Source: Eledone cirrhosa | Lineage: Eukaryota | DNA: 64,000 nucleotides | Assembly: GCA_964016885.1 (NCBI GenBank) | Contig: OZ024749.1 | Span: 34,100,001 to 34,164,000, forward strand | Direction of reading: 5' to 3' | Shown here: positions 40,561-57,882 of the stretch, piece by piece | Position numbering within the stretch: position 1 is the stretch's first letter | Layout of the letters: every line of letters starts with the position of its first letter | Notes under the pieces: generated by a model | Told to the model about the DNA's origin: nothing | What the model saw: only the letters and a program-made list of their open reading frames with translations | Databases searched by the model: none | Program-made: the position numbers and the translations under genes

Positions 40561-40874
40561 TATATGAATATTCTATACAAAATACTCTTGTCCCTGCATT
40601 ATACTGAATACATACGAAATCAATGCCGATACACTCGAGACTGTAATTCAAAAACTTCCAGATAGTAAAGTTCCGGTGAGCCACTTGATTACTGAATACT
40701 GTTATGAATAAATTACATTCTATAGGAGGTAATCTTTCGACCTTTTTCAGGTGAGTATCTCTGGAGAAAGAGATGTACACATTTTTGCATTCCAAAATAC
40801 CTGACTAACTAAAATACGAGCTTTCCTCTTGTCCAACTATTCTCGTTCTCTTTCTATTTTTACTGTCGTCTACC

Positions 40875-40927
<53 letters not shown>

Positions 40928-40959
40928 AGGAAAGACTAACGTCCGAAATGTTAAGGGTT

Positions 40960-40994
<35 letters not shown>

Positions 40995-40997
<3 letters not shown>

Positions 40998-41228
40998 AAA
41001 TAACAGATTAAAGTTGAAGCAAAGAAAGGCTGCTTTCACCCTTAACGGGATCTTCTGAAATTTAAAAAAAAAAAGATCCCGTTAACGGTGAAAGCAGCGT
41101 TTCTATGCTTAAACTTTAATCTGTTATTTTAATAAATATTTGCTCTATAGTTTTATATATTTTATATATATATTATCCTTATCGAGCTCTCTTCAGATTT
41201 TAGTCTTCACATTTATTATTACTATTAT
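40995..41228 (+). mobile_element. Fold-back cassette, family 3
   Basis: Arms aaaataacagattaaag../..ctttaatctgttatttt; tail GCTC-TA..TA-tc-GAGC 41142-41187. Confidence 0.85.
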
Positions 41229-41293
41229 AATATATATATATATATATAGTGAAGAAACATAAGTCAATTGCATGAACTCATAATCCTTTATTT

Positions 41294-41349
41294 ACTGCTA
41301 TATATATTTCGATGATAGCCATTGAATGGCTATGACCTCATCAGGCAGT
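41294..41349 (-). ncRNA. Type I hammerhead ribozyme in a 165-bp island between TA tracts
   Basis: actgc CTGATGA ggtcatagccat-tca-atggctatcatc GAAA tatata TA gcagt. Confidence 0.88.
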
Positions 41350-41411
41350 TAGTCAGTTCTTAGATATGTCAGCTCTGTGTTTATAGTGTTGATGGTATCA
41401 GAGCCTTGGGA

Positions 41412-44257
<2,846 letters not shown>

Positions 44258-45580
44258 AATCATCATCATCATCATCGTCATTATCATCATCATCATCGTC
44301 ATTATCATCATCATTGTAGTGTATTCCACTCCTGTGTTATTTTTCCCTGTTGACTATTCTTATATAAATATACAAAGCTGGTTTGCTTTGGCAGAAACAA
44401 CAACGCTGACAACCAAAGGAAAATCAACAAAAAAAGTCACTCACATAACGAAGGACTCCCATCCAATTAAATGCCAGAATCTAATATATAAAATGTATAG
44501 ACAATATATTCCTCTTGGATCAATATATTCATGATGCTGGGAAGAAATTAGTTAGGTTATTTGCTAAGCAACTTCTAATTAATGATTTCTACTAACTGCA
44601 AAATGTAAGCAATCTCGCGAGATGGGAAAGATGATTAAATCGACCCCAGTGCGTTACTGGTACTTTACTTTATCGATTTTGTAAGGATGAAAGGCAAAGC
44701 TAACCTCGGCGTGTCAAACCGGTGTTGAAATAAGAAGAACTTGTTTGCCGTTTAACTGGATTACAAGAAATCATTTGATTCTATTTCCCACCCCTAATTG
44801 CTTGAGGGTATTCGACTCGCTAAAGTTTCAGAGACTATAACCAGAGTTGAAGACTATCTATCATCGCTTTAAGCCACCACTATGACGTTAACTAGAGAAT
44901 GTGATTCTATTGTCGCCGGTGTGTATTTCTATGAGACAATCTCTCTGTGTTGTTGTAACCTCTTCTCTGCAAACGAAGAGTACATGTATATCACGAGACA
45001 ACAGAAATACCGACTTAGTACATTGCTCCTTTTTGAACCACCTCTAAGTATACACAAAGGATAATAACTTTATAAAACGAAAACAACTCGACTGGAGCAA
45101 TATAAAATCAAGTGATTTGCTAAAAGATACAACACGCAGCTGGGAATCGATCTCATGACCTTACGAGTGTAAGCCAAACATACTATCCACTATGCTACGC
45201 GCACTTTTATTAACAATGATGTAGACCACCTCCAGCTAAAGTGAAAACGAGGAAGCAGATGTTTAATAATTATAATAGTGGCGGGAAATTAATCACATGG
45301 TTTGACTTGTGCCAAACGAGTTAGATTGGCGATTTTCTATGGCGTTTATCCAAGTGCAATTGAACAAACTCTGCAGTGTTGCGCAATGACAATTAGCGTC
45401 AAGAATTAATTATATTTAAAACATGGTTACTGCTATCTAAATTTTGACATAAAAGACAGATGCTTCATATGTTTGTTACAGACAGTACTTTTAATATCCA
45501 ATTGAAATATCATTGCAATTTCCTGCCATTATCAGTAAACCATTACTACAACATTTTGACTATGTTTAATATTTATATAT

Positions 45581-45765
45581 ATAGAAAAAGAGTCAGGACC
45601 CCAACGGCTGAGCTCCGGCCGTTTCGATAGCTAGATCCGAACTGTTCGGATCTAGTTGTCGAAACGGCCGGAGCTCAGCCGTCGGTGTCCTGACTCTTTT
45701 CCTATTACCGACTCTACTACCCTAAGTATTGAGTGTTTTATGGTCCACCTGGTATCTTACCAGAC
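45581..45765 (+). mobile_element. Fold-back cassette, family 2
   Basis: Centre tccgaactgttcgga ~45643; tail actctactaccctaagtattgagt. Confidence 0.9.
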
Positions 45766-45844
45766 ACACAAACAATACATATATATGGATATATACACAT
45801 AAAGATATATACATATATATTTATTTATACACACACACACACAC

Positions 45845-46034
<190 letters not shown>

Positions 46035-46659
46035 AAATATACATGTATATATACTCATGTGTAAATATCCATATATATGTATGGTGTTTGTGTGAATGTA
46101 TGTATGCATGTGCATACACACATACACTCACACATAAATGATTTTCGAAAATCACCATAAAGGAGTTTTAACGAAAAAAAAAACAATTTACCTTAATAAC
46201 AAATATTTTGATAATCCATAACGGAGAAAGCAGGCTTTGCTAACTTCAATTTTTGTACATGTTATAAACATCCTTTATATATATATGCCAGGTGCGCTTT
46301 TCAAACCCTTTTTCGTTATATAACGTGATCTGTATAGATCGTTTTTTAATGTCCACACTTTTTTCACTATATATATATCTATATATATATAAAAAACATG
46401 AGAAGAAAGAATAGTGCGTGGTTGTACATGGGTTACATATGATAAAAATAGTCCTTCATCAGTGATTTTCCAACCTTCATTGGTATTTCTTCGCTTTAAA
46501 AATCATATACCTCCAGTTGGTGCGAGCAATAGCTAAATAAAGCTATTGGGACAAGTAAATCGCGTAAAGCGAGCGAGACAGTAAACAAACATAGAAGGAT
46601 AGCAACGCAAAGATAGGAAAAAACAAGCACATGGGAGTCCGATCAGCTTTAGCTGTGTG

Positions 46660-46920
46660 GATTTCATGGGCGAGAAAGACCAAAATCCAAAGAGGGCTCG
46701 ATAAGGATTGTATATATATATATATATATGATATAATATAATAAAAAGTATACATAAACCTGCAAAGCAAATATTTATTATAATTACAGATTAAAGTTTA
46801 AGAAAAGAATTTCTGCTTTCACCCAATTATGGGATTTTCTGAAACTCTGAGTTTCAGAAGATCCCGTAATAGGGTGAAAGCAGAGATGATTTGCTTAAAC
46901 TTTAATCTGTACTTATAATA
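46660..46920 (-). mobile_element. Fold-back cassette, family 3
   Basis: Centre gaaactctgagtttc ~46848; agttt CAGAAGA tccc..gggt GAAA gca..tgc TT aaact. Confidence 0.85.
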
Positions 46921-47424
46921 TGTATATATACATACAGACAATCATCCTATAATCAGCGTGCATATTATTCAAATTAACATAACGAATCAATAGATCATTT
47001 CATATGCAGCTGAGCAATTCACACAAGAATGAGAGGATAAGTAGTTATATTCATTGAACAATATGCAGACACTACCACTTGAAAACTAGAAATAAAAACT
47101 GCAAGCACATGTCAAAACAACAATGTCAATAATAAGAATTACGATAATCTGGTACATGTATGTCAAGACAGAAACAGATCAAAGCCAGCCATCTCGATAC
47201 TATAATGAAAACTAGAAATGTCTACATTCCGATACATACCTAAATCTCCTTGAAGCAAAATATCTCCTGGAAAGACATTTAAAAGCGATCAAAGAACAAG
47301 GATCTTGTATTGATTTGTTTTATAAAAATAAAAACTGTCACGTGATAATTGGTGCGGGGTGGGTGGGGTTGGGGGGGTTAGGGTTTAGTTTGTTTTTATG
47401 AAATAAATATGAACAATTATATAA

Positions 47425-47630
47425 TGATTTCTATTATAGGCACAAGGTTAACAATTTTGGTGGGAGGGGAAAGTCAATTAAATCGACCCCAGTGCGTGAT
47501 TGGTGCTTTACTTTATCGACCCCGTAAGGATGAAAGGCAAAGCTAACCTCGGCGGGATTTGAACTCAGAACGTAAACGTCCGTAGCTCTTTGCTACACAG
47601 CATGTTGTCCGACGCTCTATCGATACTGTA
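47425..47630 (-). mobile_element. Family A SINE
   Basis: Core atcgacccccgtaaggatgaaaggcaaag and B-box complement ggatttgaac. Confidence 0.88.
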
Positions 47631-49571
47631 GTATAGCTGATAGGTTGCTGCAAATGTTGTGGAAGGAGTGAAGGACAAATAACCAATATTTAGGAAAATA
47701 TTAATCACGAAAATTGTTCTGCCGCGGCCCATAGAAAATTAGTTTGCGGGCCACATGCTTGAGACCCCTTCTCTAACAACTTCTAATTCGCCCTTTTATC
47801 TAATATCAAAGTCTTCAAAATAAACAAGAGCTACACTAAAAATATCATGAAATAGTAAAATAAAACAATAACCCAATGTAACGCAAAGTAACCTCTTCAA
47901 CAGGTCAGTACTGCACTCATCTGTCTAATACAGCCTTTCTTGTGCCGGTGCAATGAAAAGCTCATTTAAAGCTATTGTGAAAACACATTAAGATAATAAT
48001 GTGTCTGATGTAGTATAATGTGCACGGGAAATATTTACTTTGCACCTAATACTCGTAAGAATGAGGGATTTATTATATAAGTAGGGATATCAAAGAAGCG
48101 AATAGAAAATAAAAGTAAATTTTATAACTTAATAAGAAAACACCGAAAAATAAAGAGTTATTTTCTGTAGTAAGTAACTAGGTATGGCATAAAGTTTATA
48201 AATATAGAGACAGTTGAGGATAAAAAGTGTATAACGACTGGTAATGTTAAGAAAATGAAATAGAGCATGAAATGAGAACTTAGAAATGATTATAAATCGT
48301 CAGAAGACAGGGCAGTTTAAATCAAACACATCTAGGCATATCAAAGATCTAATTTTAATGTATTACGCCGTGGGTGAAGACACGGGGCTATGTGATTCGG
48401 ATCCTTGACTTACGATCCTAAGGTTGTGGGTTCGATTCCCAACTTGCGTTGTGTCCTTGAGCATGACATTTTATTTCAAGTTGCCCCCAATTCATTTAGA
48501 TAGCGAAAATTAATTATGCATGTAATTCAAATAGCCAACCTTGTCATGCTGAATTCAAATAGCCAATCTTGTCATGCTGAATTCAAATAGCCAATCTTGT
48601 CATGCTGAATCTCCCTGAGAACTACGTTATGGATACACATGTCTTGTGCAGATTGTTCCGTCGGCCGAACAATTATGACACTCATCATCAGAACTGACAG
48701 AGCAGATCCAAAAACAACAGCAACAACAACATTATCTTTACTACACCTAAACTTAAACTGTAGTAAAGATAGAAGTTCGCAGAAAGTGTATGTAATAGAT
48801 AAATGCAAAATCCAAAAAGGCAAATCGTGATAAAAACAGCAACGAAACAAAATTATAAAGTTAATGCATTACGCCGGAAGGAAACAAAATGTCTTTCGAC
48901 ATTTCGAGCAGAAAGTCCTTTCTCAAGAGAAAGGAGAACAGTATAAGAGGGCAAAAAATATATTATTTCAGATATAGTTAATAAACATGGATTACCAGTT
49001 GTAGAAAGGGCAATGTATATTACAATAAGAGCGCTGTTTGTCCGTCCGTGCGTCAGGCTCATTATATATAGAGAAAGGGGGAGCTCCAAGCGAGAGATAT
49101 ATACATAGAGAGAGAAAAGAGAACACCGTATGTTTTCGAGGTAACAGAAAGAGAAAGATAGGCAGAAAGTTATGACGTCGCCCTCAACTATATAGAGAGA
49201 AGGGAAGTAACAAACGAAAGTACATAGGTAAAGAGAGAAGGGACGTCATTTGTTTAGAGAGAAAGAGAGAGTGTGGGGGCATGTGTGTGTGTGTGAACAT
49301 GTGTGTGAGAGAGAGGGGGGATATAGAAAGAGAGAGTGTGTATTTGCGTGTGTGTGTGTGTGTGTGTGAACGTGCGTGTGTGTGTGTGACAGAGAGAGGG
49401 GGGATAGAGTGGGATAGAGTGTGTGTGTGTGTAAGCGTGCGTGTATGTGAGCGTGCGTGTGTGTGTGTGTGTGCATGTGAGTATGTGTATGAGAGAGAGA
49501 GTGCGTGTGTGAGCGTGCGTGTGTGGAGGGCGTGTGTGTGCGTGTTCGTGTGTGTGCGTATATGTGTGCGT

Positions 49572-49602
<31 letters not shown>

Positions 49603-49644
49603 AGAGAGAAAGCGGGAGAAGAAGACGTTGCTCACATATAGTAA

Positions 49645-49838
49645 TAATAATTGTTTCTACTTTTGGCACAAGGCCAGCAATTACCTCAGTACATTACTGG
49701 TACTTTATTTTATCGACCCCCCGTAAGGATGAAAGGCAAAGTTAACCTCGGCGGGATTTGAACTCAGAATGGCAAGGGGCGTAACTCTATGCGTCAAAGC
49801 ATGGTGTCCGACCTTCTACCGATACTGTCAATCCACAG
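49645..49838 (-). mobile_element. Family A SINE
   Basis: Full length; agtaataata-like direct repeat on both sides. Confidence 0.88.
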
Positions 49839-50590
49839 TAATAATATCTATTTGTTTATTTATTTATTTCTAACAACATAATATTGAATTGTGAACAGCA
49901 AAAAGCTATTAATCACACTCTACGTTGTTTCAGGCAGTTTAGTTGTGGATCAGACCAGAATATATATACATTCATTTTTGGAGAAAGAAATATTTATAAG
50001 GAAATATACAAACACTACCAAACATGTCACTAAAAACAAGAAAGTAACATTACTAGGATATGCTTGTGCAAAATAATAGAGAAATCAGAAAAAAATAACC
50101 TCAGGCATTAATATTAATCACTACTGAGTTAGGATGGAATGTCTCGCTTTAAAAACAAATCTATATGAATATCTGAGTTGGGTATTGCTGTAAGAGAACA
50201 GTGCACTCAATACGCGTGGTTAACAAAACCAATGATAGAAATAATAAGCTAGTAATTTGGGAAAGGGAAATTGAATATATCGACCCTAGTACTTAACTGG
50301 TACCTTAATTCATTGACTCCAAGTAAGATAAAAGAGAAAGTTGACTTCGGTGGGATTTGAACTTAGAAGCATTTTTTGTCCGTTGGTGCTGCTAGTGCTG
50401 CTGCTGCTGCTGTTGTTGTTGTTGTTGTTGTTGTTGGTGGTGGTGTTGGTGGTGTTGGTGTTGGTGGTGTTGGTGTTGGTGTTGTTGGTGGTGGTGGTAT
50501 TAGTGGAGATCGTGGCGGTGCTGCTGTTATGGGTGATACTGCTGTTGGTGGTGGTGTTGTTGTTAATGGTGGTGGTGGTGGTGTTAGTGG

Positions 50591-50621
<31 letters not shown>

Positions 50622-51947
50622 ACTGCTGTTAGTGGTGGTGGTGGTGCTTCTGCTGTTGGCGGTGCTACTGCTGTTGTTGGTGGTGATGGTGGTGGTGGTG
50701 CTATTGCTGTTGGTGGTGGTGCTGCTGTTGGTGGTGCTACTGCTGTTGGTGGTAGTGGTGGTGATTTATAGCAGATTTGGCTGCTATTTCTAGCAGATAA
50801 ATATATCAGAGAAAGGCTTTCATTTTATGCGTGGTAGTGTGTGTGTGTGTGGTGTTGTGGCCTAATCGTATAAGACATTGTGATTGGATAGGTTAGAAGA
50901 GGAAAAGTATTTCAATCCAAGATCAAAATATTTTAGGACGGTGGGTTGGCAGCATAGAGTTACGGCCCTTTGCGTTTTGGGATCGAAAGGATGAAAGGCA
51001 AAGTTGCCCTGGGTAGGATTTGAACTAAGAGCGTTATGAGCCAGAATAAGTATCAATGCCTCTAACATCTCTGCCTGGTCTTCATCTATGTAAATAGTGT
51101 TGGTATGGCCCCGTAACCCCTGATAGAGTCGTAGGGGCACCGTATTGATATAAGGGGTTTCTTGGATATATTAATCGTGGTGGACCCCATCCCTCTCCAG
51201 GCCAGAGTCCAGCAGATTTCTTCCAGAGAAGGATAGAAAATGAGGGAGGGGGAGTGAGAAGGAGGGCGTTTCTGGGACATTTTAAGCGTGGTGGAGCCCC
51301 TCCCTCTCCAGGCCAGAGTACAGCAGATTTCTTCCAGAAAAAGATAAAAAATTAGAAAGAGATACAGAAGAAGAATCGACCCCTGTACTAGACTGGTACT
51401 TTTTTATCGATCTCGAAAGGATGAAAGGCAAAGTTGACCACGGTGGGATTTGAACTCCGAGATCAGAGAACCGGAATAAATACCGCAAAGCATTCTATCT
51501 GACGTTCTAACAACTCTGCCTTGTTTCCACCTATGTAAATAGTATTTAACTTATAATTTATCATTTTCAGTTAGTATTTTTACTACCTCCATTGCCATCA
51601 ACAACATATCAATAATGATTGATTATTAAACGGCCTATAACTCTAATCCCGACGGGTTAATTAATTATGTTTATGACAGCAGAGCATGGAATTGGCAAAT
51701 ATTTATCATATTCTTTTAATCAGGTCTCTGTACAGTTATAAATTTAGTAAGGACTGAATAGTTGATAACGTGAAAGGTTGAAAGTAATTCCACTGGTAAT
51801 CTGGCTTTCTAATCTTCATCCCTCATAATTCTGACACACACACATATGTATATGTGTATATATATACATATATATATATGTGTGTGTGTGTGTGTGCGTT
51901 TGTGTGTGATACATATATATATATATATATGCATATATACATACATA

Positions 51948-52274
51948 CATGGTGGCTGCCAACTCGTTTTCGAGTACGGCCACTACTTTATATCCATGTA
52001 GGAGAACTCCTACCGTTGCGCTGAACGAGTGTGACTTTTTAGTCCAGCCAGCGACTCGAAAACTCTGGCACAAACACCACACCCGTGACAATCATTGACA
52101 CACAGTGCTGGGCCCATGGTACCATGTGACGACAAGTGCAGAGAGATCTCCAGATATAAAGCAATGCCTGTGCCGTGAAGCTTTTATAGTGAGCAAAGGC
52201 ACTGCACAAAGCCAGTCCCACTCTCTTAACCGAGATGATATTTACCAAAAAGAAGAACAAGTCAATATCATTGG

Positions 52275-52276
<2 letters not shown>
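51948..52276 (-). mobile_element. 5'-truncated (ATGT)n-tailed element
   Basis: Matches 26946-27272; (TACA)n on both sides. Confidence 0.85.
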
Positions 52277-52307
<31 letters not shown>

Positions 52308-52323
52308 GACATATGTATGTGTT

Positions 52324-52356
<33 letters not shown>

Positions 52357-52360
<4 letters not shown>

Positions 52361-52548
52361 AAGTATAACCCCGACGGCAGAGCTCAAGCCGTTTCGACGG
52401 CTATTTCTGTCCAGAAATAGTCGTCGAAACGGCTTGAGCTCTGCCGTCGGGGACATACTTTTTCCTATTACCCACTCTACTACCCTAAGTATTGAGTACT
52501 CTGGTGCATTATGGTGTATCTGGTTCCTTACCACACACCTCCTTCGTT
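52357..52548 (+). mobile_element. Fold-back cassette, family 2
   Basis: Centre ttctgtccagaa ~52410; full tail with bulged hairpin. Confidence 0.9.
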
Positions 52549-53100
52549 ATATATATATATATATATATATATATAGGAACAAGTATGACCCCGATGCGTG
52601 TATGTGTGCTTGTGTCTGTGCGTGTATGTGTTTGTGTCTTTGTGTTTATGTCTGTATCTGAGTGTGTGTGTGTGTGCCACATTTCATTTAATACATTACG
52701 CTACTATCGATAAAAGTTAGGTGAAGTAATTATGCTATCGCTACCGTCATCTCCCTTATCATTAAGGTATAACTACTTTAACAACATAAATTTCATTCGC
52801 TTCAACTTTTACGTCTATTTCACCAACATTATCATCATAGTGGTAAAATGATTGTCGATTTGTGATTTTCTACATTAAATAAATAAATAGAGAGTTTAAT
52901 TAAACATTAAGTTTAATTACCATATCACGAAACTACCAGTCTTCCAATGGAATCAAATTTAACAAACGTAAAATACATGAAAGCTGAAATAAATTTTGAA
53001 GTAGAATATAGCTGTTATCTTCCGCTATTTTAGTTCGTTTCACACAATTTTACGAGACCTGTCATAAAGAACCTAATGTGATGTGATATACTTCAACATT

Positions 53101-54144
53101 AATTGTTTCTACTTTTGGCACAAGGCCAGCAATTACCCAGTACATTACTGCTACTTTATTTTATCGACCCCGTAAGGATGAAAGGCAAAGTCAACGTCGG
53201 CGGGATTTGAACTCAGACCGTAAAGGGACGTAACTATGCTGGAAAGCACGGCGTCCGACTCTCTACCGATACTGCCAATCCACCGCCCTAACATGGCGTC
53301 CGACTCTCTACAGATACTGCCAATCCACCGCCCTAACATGGCGTCCGACCCTCTACAGATACTGCCAATCCACCGCCCTAACATGGCGTCCGACTCTCTA
53401 CCGATACTGCCAATCCACCGCCCTAACATGGCGTCCGACCCTCTACCGATACTGCCAATCCACCGCCCTAACATGGCGTCCGACCCTCTACCGATACTGC
53501 CAATCCACCGCCCTAACATGGCGTCCGACCCTCTACAGATACTGCCAATCCACCGCCCTAACATGGAGTCCGACCCTCTACAGATACTGCCAATCCACCG
53601 CCCTAACATGGCGTCCGACCCTCTACCGACACTGCCAATCCACCGCCCTAACATGGAGTCCGACCCTCTACAGATACTGCCAATCCACCGCCCTAACATG
53701 GCGTCCGACCCTCTACCGATACTGCCAATCCACCGCCCTAACACGGCGTCCGACCCTCTACCGATACTGCCAATCCACCGCCCTAACATGGCGTCCGACC
53801 CTCTACCGATACTGCCAATCCACCGCCCTAACATGGCGTCCGACCCTCTACCGATACTGCCAATCCACCGCCCTAACATGGCGTCCGACCCTCTACCGAT
53901 ACTGCCAATCCACCGCCCTAACATGGAGTCCGACCCTCTACAGATACTGCCAATCCACCGCCCTAACATGGCGTCCGACCCTCTACCGATACTGCCAATC
54001 CACCGCCCTAACATGGCGTCCGACCCTCTACAGATACTGCCAATCCACCGCCCTAACATGGCGTCCGACCCTCTACCGATACTGCCAATCCACCGCCCTA
54101 ACATGGAGTCCGACCCTCTACCGATACTGCCAATCCACCGCCCT
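53101..54144 (-). mobile_element. Family A SINE whose 45-bp 5' head is amplified ~20x in tandem
   Basis: Unit acatggcgtccgaccctctaccgatactgccaatccaccgcccta from ~53247 to 54144, contiguous with SINE body 53101-53246. Confidence 0.95.
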
Positions 54145-54159
54145 ATACTTCAACATTAA

Positions 54160-54381
54160 TAATGGTTTCTTATATAGGCACAAGGCCAGTAATTTTGCGG
54201 GAGGGGAAAGTCGATTAAATCGACCCCAGTGCGTGACTGGTACTTTATTTTATCGACCACATAAGGATGAAAGGCAAAGTTAACCTCGGCGGGATTTGAA
54301 CTCAGACCGTAAAGGGCCCTAACTCTATGCTGCAAAGCATAGTGTCTGACCCTCTACAGATACTGCCAATCCACCGCCCTC
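54160..54381 (-). mobile_element. Family A SINE (long-tail variant)
   Basis: TSD atacttcaa(c/g)attaat at 54145 and 54382. Confidence 0.9.
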
Positions 54382-54472
54382 ATACTTCAAGATTAATAAC
54401 GAATTATAAAGAAACAATATCCGTTTCTCCTTTCTGCTATAATTTATGTATATATATATTTCTGCTATAATT

Positions 54473-54537
<65 letters not shown>

Positions 54538-56052
54538 GTATATATTATATTTTGTCTCTGTTTATGTATATGTGTTTATGATTCTATTGTCTATGAATTT
54601 TTAAATAAACACACATTGGCTATTATTATATACAGCAATAATTTCAAAATATATATAAAGAATTTTTGACACCATCTTGTTCTATGAAGCCCATTGCAAC
54701 AGACGAAACTCTGCGACAGAAACATTTTAATGTCGCAAAAGCTTGCAGTATTCAAAAGTTCCTGTATCTTACAACCATTACGAAATACGATATGCTCTGA
54801 ACATTAATAACACAGTTTAGTTAGATGTAAATCTTTGATTTACAGTCGTTAGGTCAAGGATTATATTTTATCCAGGATTTAATGAATCAAGAATTTACGC
54901 ACTACTCGAGATCAACGAGCAAAAGCCGTATCTAATATGGCATTTCGTGCGTAAATCTCTAAGATATTATTACATATTGGATTTGCATAACTCCGTGACA
55001 ACTATAATCATGTCTCACATCCTACTGCTTATGTAAATATCTCTAGATGTTGGAATATATTTAGACGGCACTCTACTATTACCATCTTATACTTCCTCAC
55101 AAATAACAGAAATTCGTACAATACTAGAATGGAGACACTTCTAAGTGACACTTTTGTTGTATCTATTTTTTTAATTCTTTTATTTATTAGTATCATTGGT
55201 GTTGTTGTTGTTATTATTATTATTATTATTCTCTTAAAATCGCTAATCGAAAAACGAGGAAGAATAATGTAAGCTAATGTTACATCCTTACATGTAAAAC
55301 TGTAGGGTTCGAATAAATATGTACACATTGCTAGCTATCACCTTCGTGTACATATACCTATGTGTGTGTAGACATATATATATATATAGAGAGAGAGGGG
55401 TGGAGAAGGGAGGGGGAGACAGATAGAGAGTCTGCGAGTCAGAAACCGAGATCATTAATCATGGGAGTACTCAATGCATGGGAGTACTCAATGCATGGGG
55501 AAATGCTGAGCGGGTATACAGATATGTAAAATTCCGACCGCGGAGCCAAGCCATACATACATACATACATACATATTGAGAAGCTAGGCTTCACAGAAAC
55601 AGAAAGAACACAACTAGTTAGGAAATTACAAGTACAATCCATTAATGGAACAGTAAAAATATGTAAAACATTCCAAAAATGTTGCATCTAATAACTGCAT
55701 ATATACATGTACAGATACAAAGCATATACACATGCACACATACAACTCAAAACATACACATCTACACATACAATAACATCCATATCTACACATGCATGCA
55801 TACATACATATCTACCTAGTTGATGTGTAAATTCCAATGAGAGAGTCTTGTGACTATGTTAGAAACCGACTCCCTCTCTCTCTATTGGTAACACTTTGTG
55901 AAATTATAAAACCAGACGGACATACATACATACATACATACATACATACATACATACATACATACATACATACATACATACATACATACATACATACATA
56001 CACACATGCATACATACATACATACATACATACATAAATTCGTACATACGTG

Positions 56053-56625
56053 CATGGTGGCTGCCAACTCGTTTTCGAGTACGGCCACTACTTTATATCC
56101 ATGTAGAAGAACCCCTACCGATGCGCTGAACGAGTGTGACTTTTTAGTCCAGCCAGCGACTTGAAAACTCTGGTACAAACACTACACTTGTGACAATTAT
56201 TGACACATAGTGCTGGGCCCATGGTACCATGTGACGACAAGTGCAGAGATATCTCCAGATATAAAGCAATGCCTGTGCTGTGAAGCTTTTATAGTGAGCA
56301 AAGGCACTGCACAAAGCCAGTCCCACTCTCTTAACCAAGATGATATTTACCAAAAAGAAGAACAAGTCATCATCATTGGATACCATCAGGGTTGCAGGTG
56401 TTAAATCAGAGTTTTCCTTCTTCTAGAATTCTGCCTTGACAATGGATGGCCATTGACTCTTAAGAGCTCCTTTGCCCTTTGACAGGTTTTGCTTTTAGTC
56501 CTGCAGGATGTCCAAAGTCACCCTCCTCATCAAGAAACCTTGGTAGGGTTGCCAGTTTAGTCGCCAACGACCCAACCATGGGACAGGTTGTACTGGGATA
56601 CATGTTACCAGTAGCACCAAGTGGC
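56053..56625 (-). mobile_element. (ATGT)n-tailed RTE-related element
   Basis: Highly similar to 26946-27556 with a small internal deletion. Confidence 0.85.
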
Positions 56626-57272
56626 ATACGTGCATACATTCATACATACATACATAAGCCTACAGATATAAAGAACAGAGCTTCTATCACATATATATTA
56701 TCGATCTTTACCAATAAGCTCTCAGTGAAGTTATATAAATATAGCAAGCTGGGTACAATTGTAAGGAATAAGATTGATATCATAATAGATAAAAAAAAAC
56801 ATTCTTAAAGCAAAGAAGCAGCAGCTAGTTACATACCAGAATCTATGATAATATATAACATACATACATACATGCACACAAACATGCATACATACATACA
56901 TACATACATGCACACAAACATACATACATGCATACATACATACATGCACACAAACATACATACATACATACATACATACATACATACATGCACACAAACA
57001 TACATACATACATACATACATACATACCTGCACACAAACATACATACATACATGCACACACAAACATACATACATACATACATGCATATATCACCCTCCC
57101 TGTCCCCATCTTCTGTGACCCTACAGCCCTTGTCTTGCCCTTCCTTTTCCGTTTTCATAACCACAAAAGACACTTGCTTTTTTAACAATCAAGAATGCAT
57201 ACATTCATGATCGTTGCCCCCTCGTTATCGAGTATGGCCATTGCACGATATAACATTATTAATAATTATCAA

Positions 57273-57462
57273 TAGGGCGGTGGATTGGCAGTATCGGTGG
57301 AGGGTCGGACGCCATGCTTTCCAGCATAGTTATGTCCCTTTACGGCCTGAGTTCAAATCCCGCCGAGGTTAACTTTGCCTTTCATTCTTACGGGTCGATA
57401 AAATAAAGTACCAGTAATGTACTGGTAATTGATGGCCTTGTGCCAAAAGTGGAAACAATTAT
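57273..57462 (+). mobile_element. Family A SINE nested in an (ATGT)n-tailed element
   Basis: TSD attattaataattatcaat at ~57256 and ~57458. Confidence 0.92.
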
Positions 57463-57831
57463 TAATAATTATCAATTAATTCTATCGTACAATGCCTGTG
57501 CGTAAAGATTTTTTTTAAAGTGAGGAAAGACTGTGCACTGAGCCAATCCCACTCTCTGAGCGACAGTAGCTATAACAAGAAAAGATCAACATCATCGGTA
57601 ACTACTGAGCCGCAGGTTTTAGGTCGGAGTTATCCCAGTTTCCTGAGTTGCCTTCTCCTAGAAGAATGCCCTGACAAAGGCTAGGGGTCCTTCACTCCCA
57701 GTGGTTTAACCGCGAAATCGGGTATCCAGCCCGATTATTTCTATGTCCCCGCGCATATATATGCATATATGTATGTATATATATATATATATGTATGCCT
57801 GTGTAATTTACATGTGTAAATATGTATATAC

Positions 57832-57882
<51 letters not shown>

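Noticed and set aside
50341-50793. Gly-rich or Val/Leu-rich ORFs
   Set aside because: (GGT/GCT/GTT)n triplet low complexity.
53151-54159. 307/317-aa repeat proteins; CRISPR-like appearance
   Set aside because: 45-bp tandem of a SINE head with no unique spacers and no cas genes; frames are open only because the unit is a stop-free multiple of 3.
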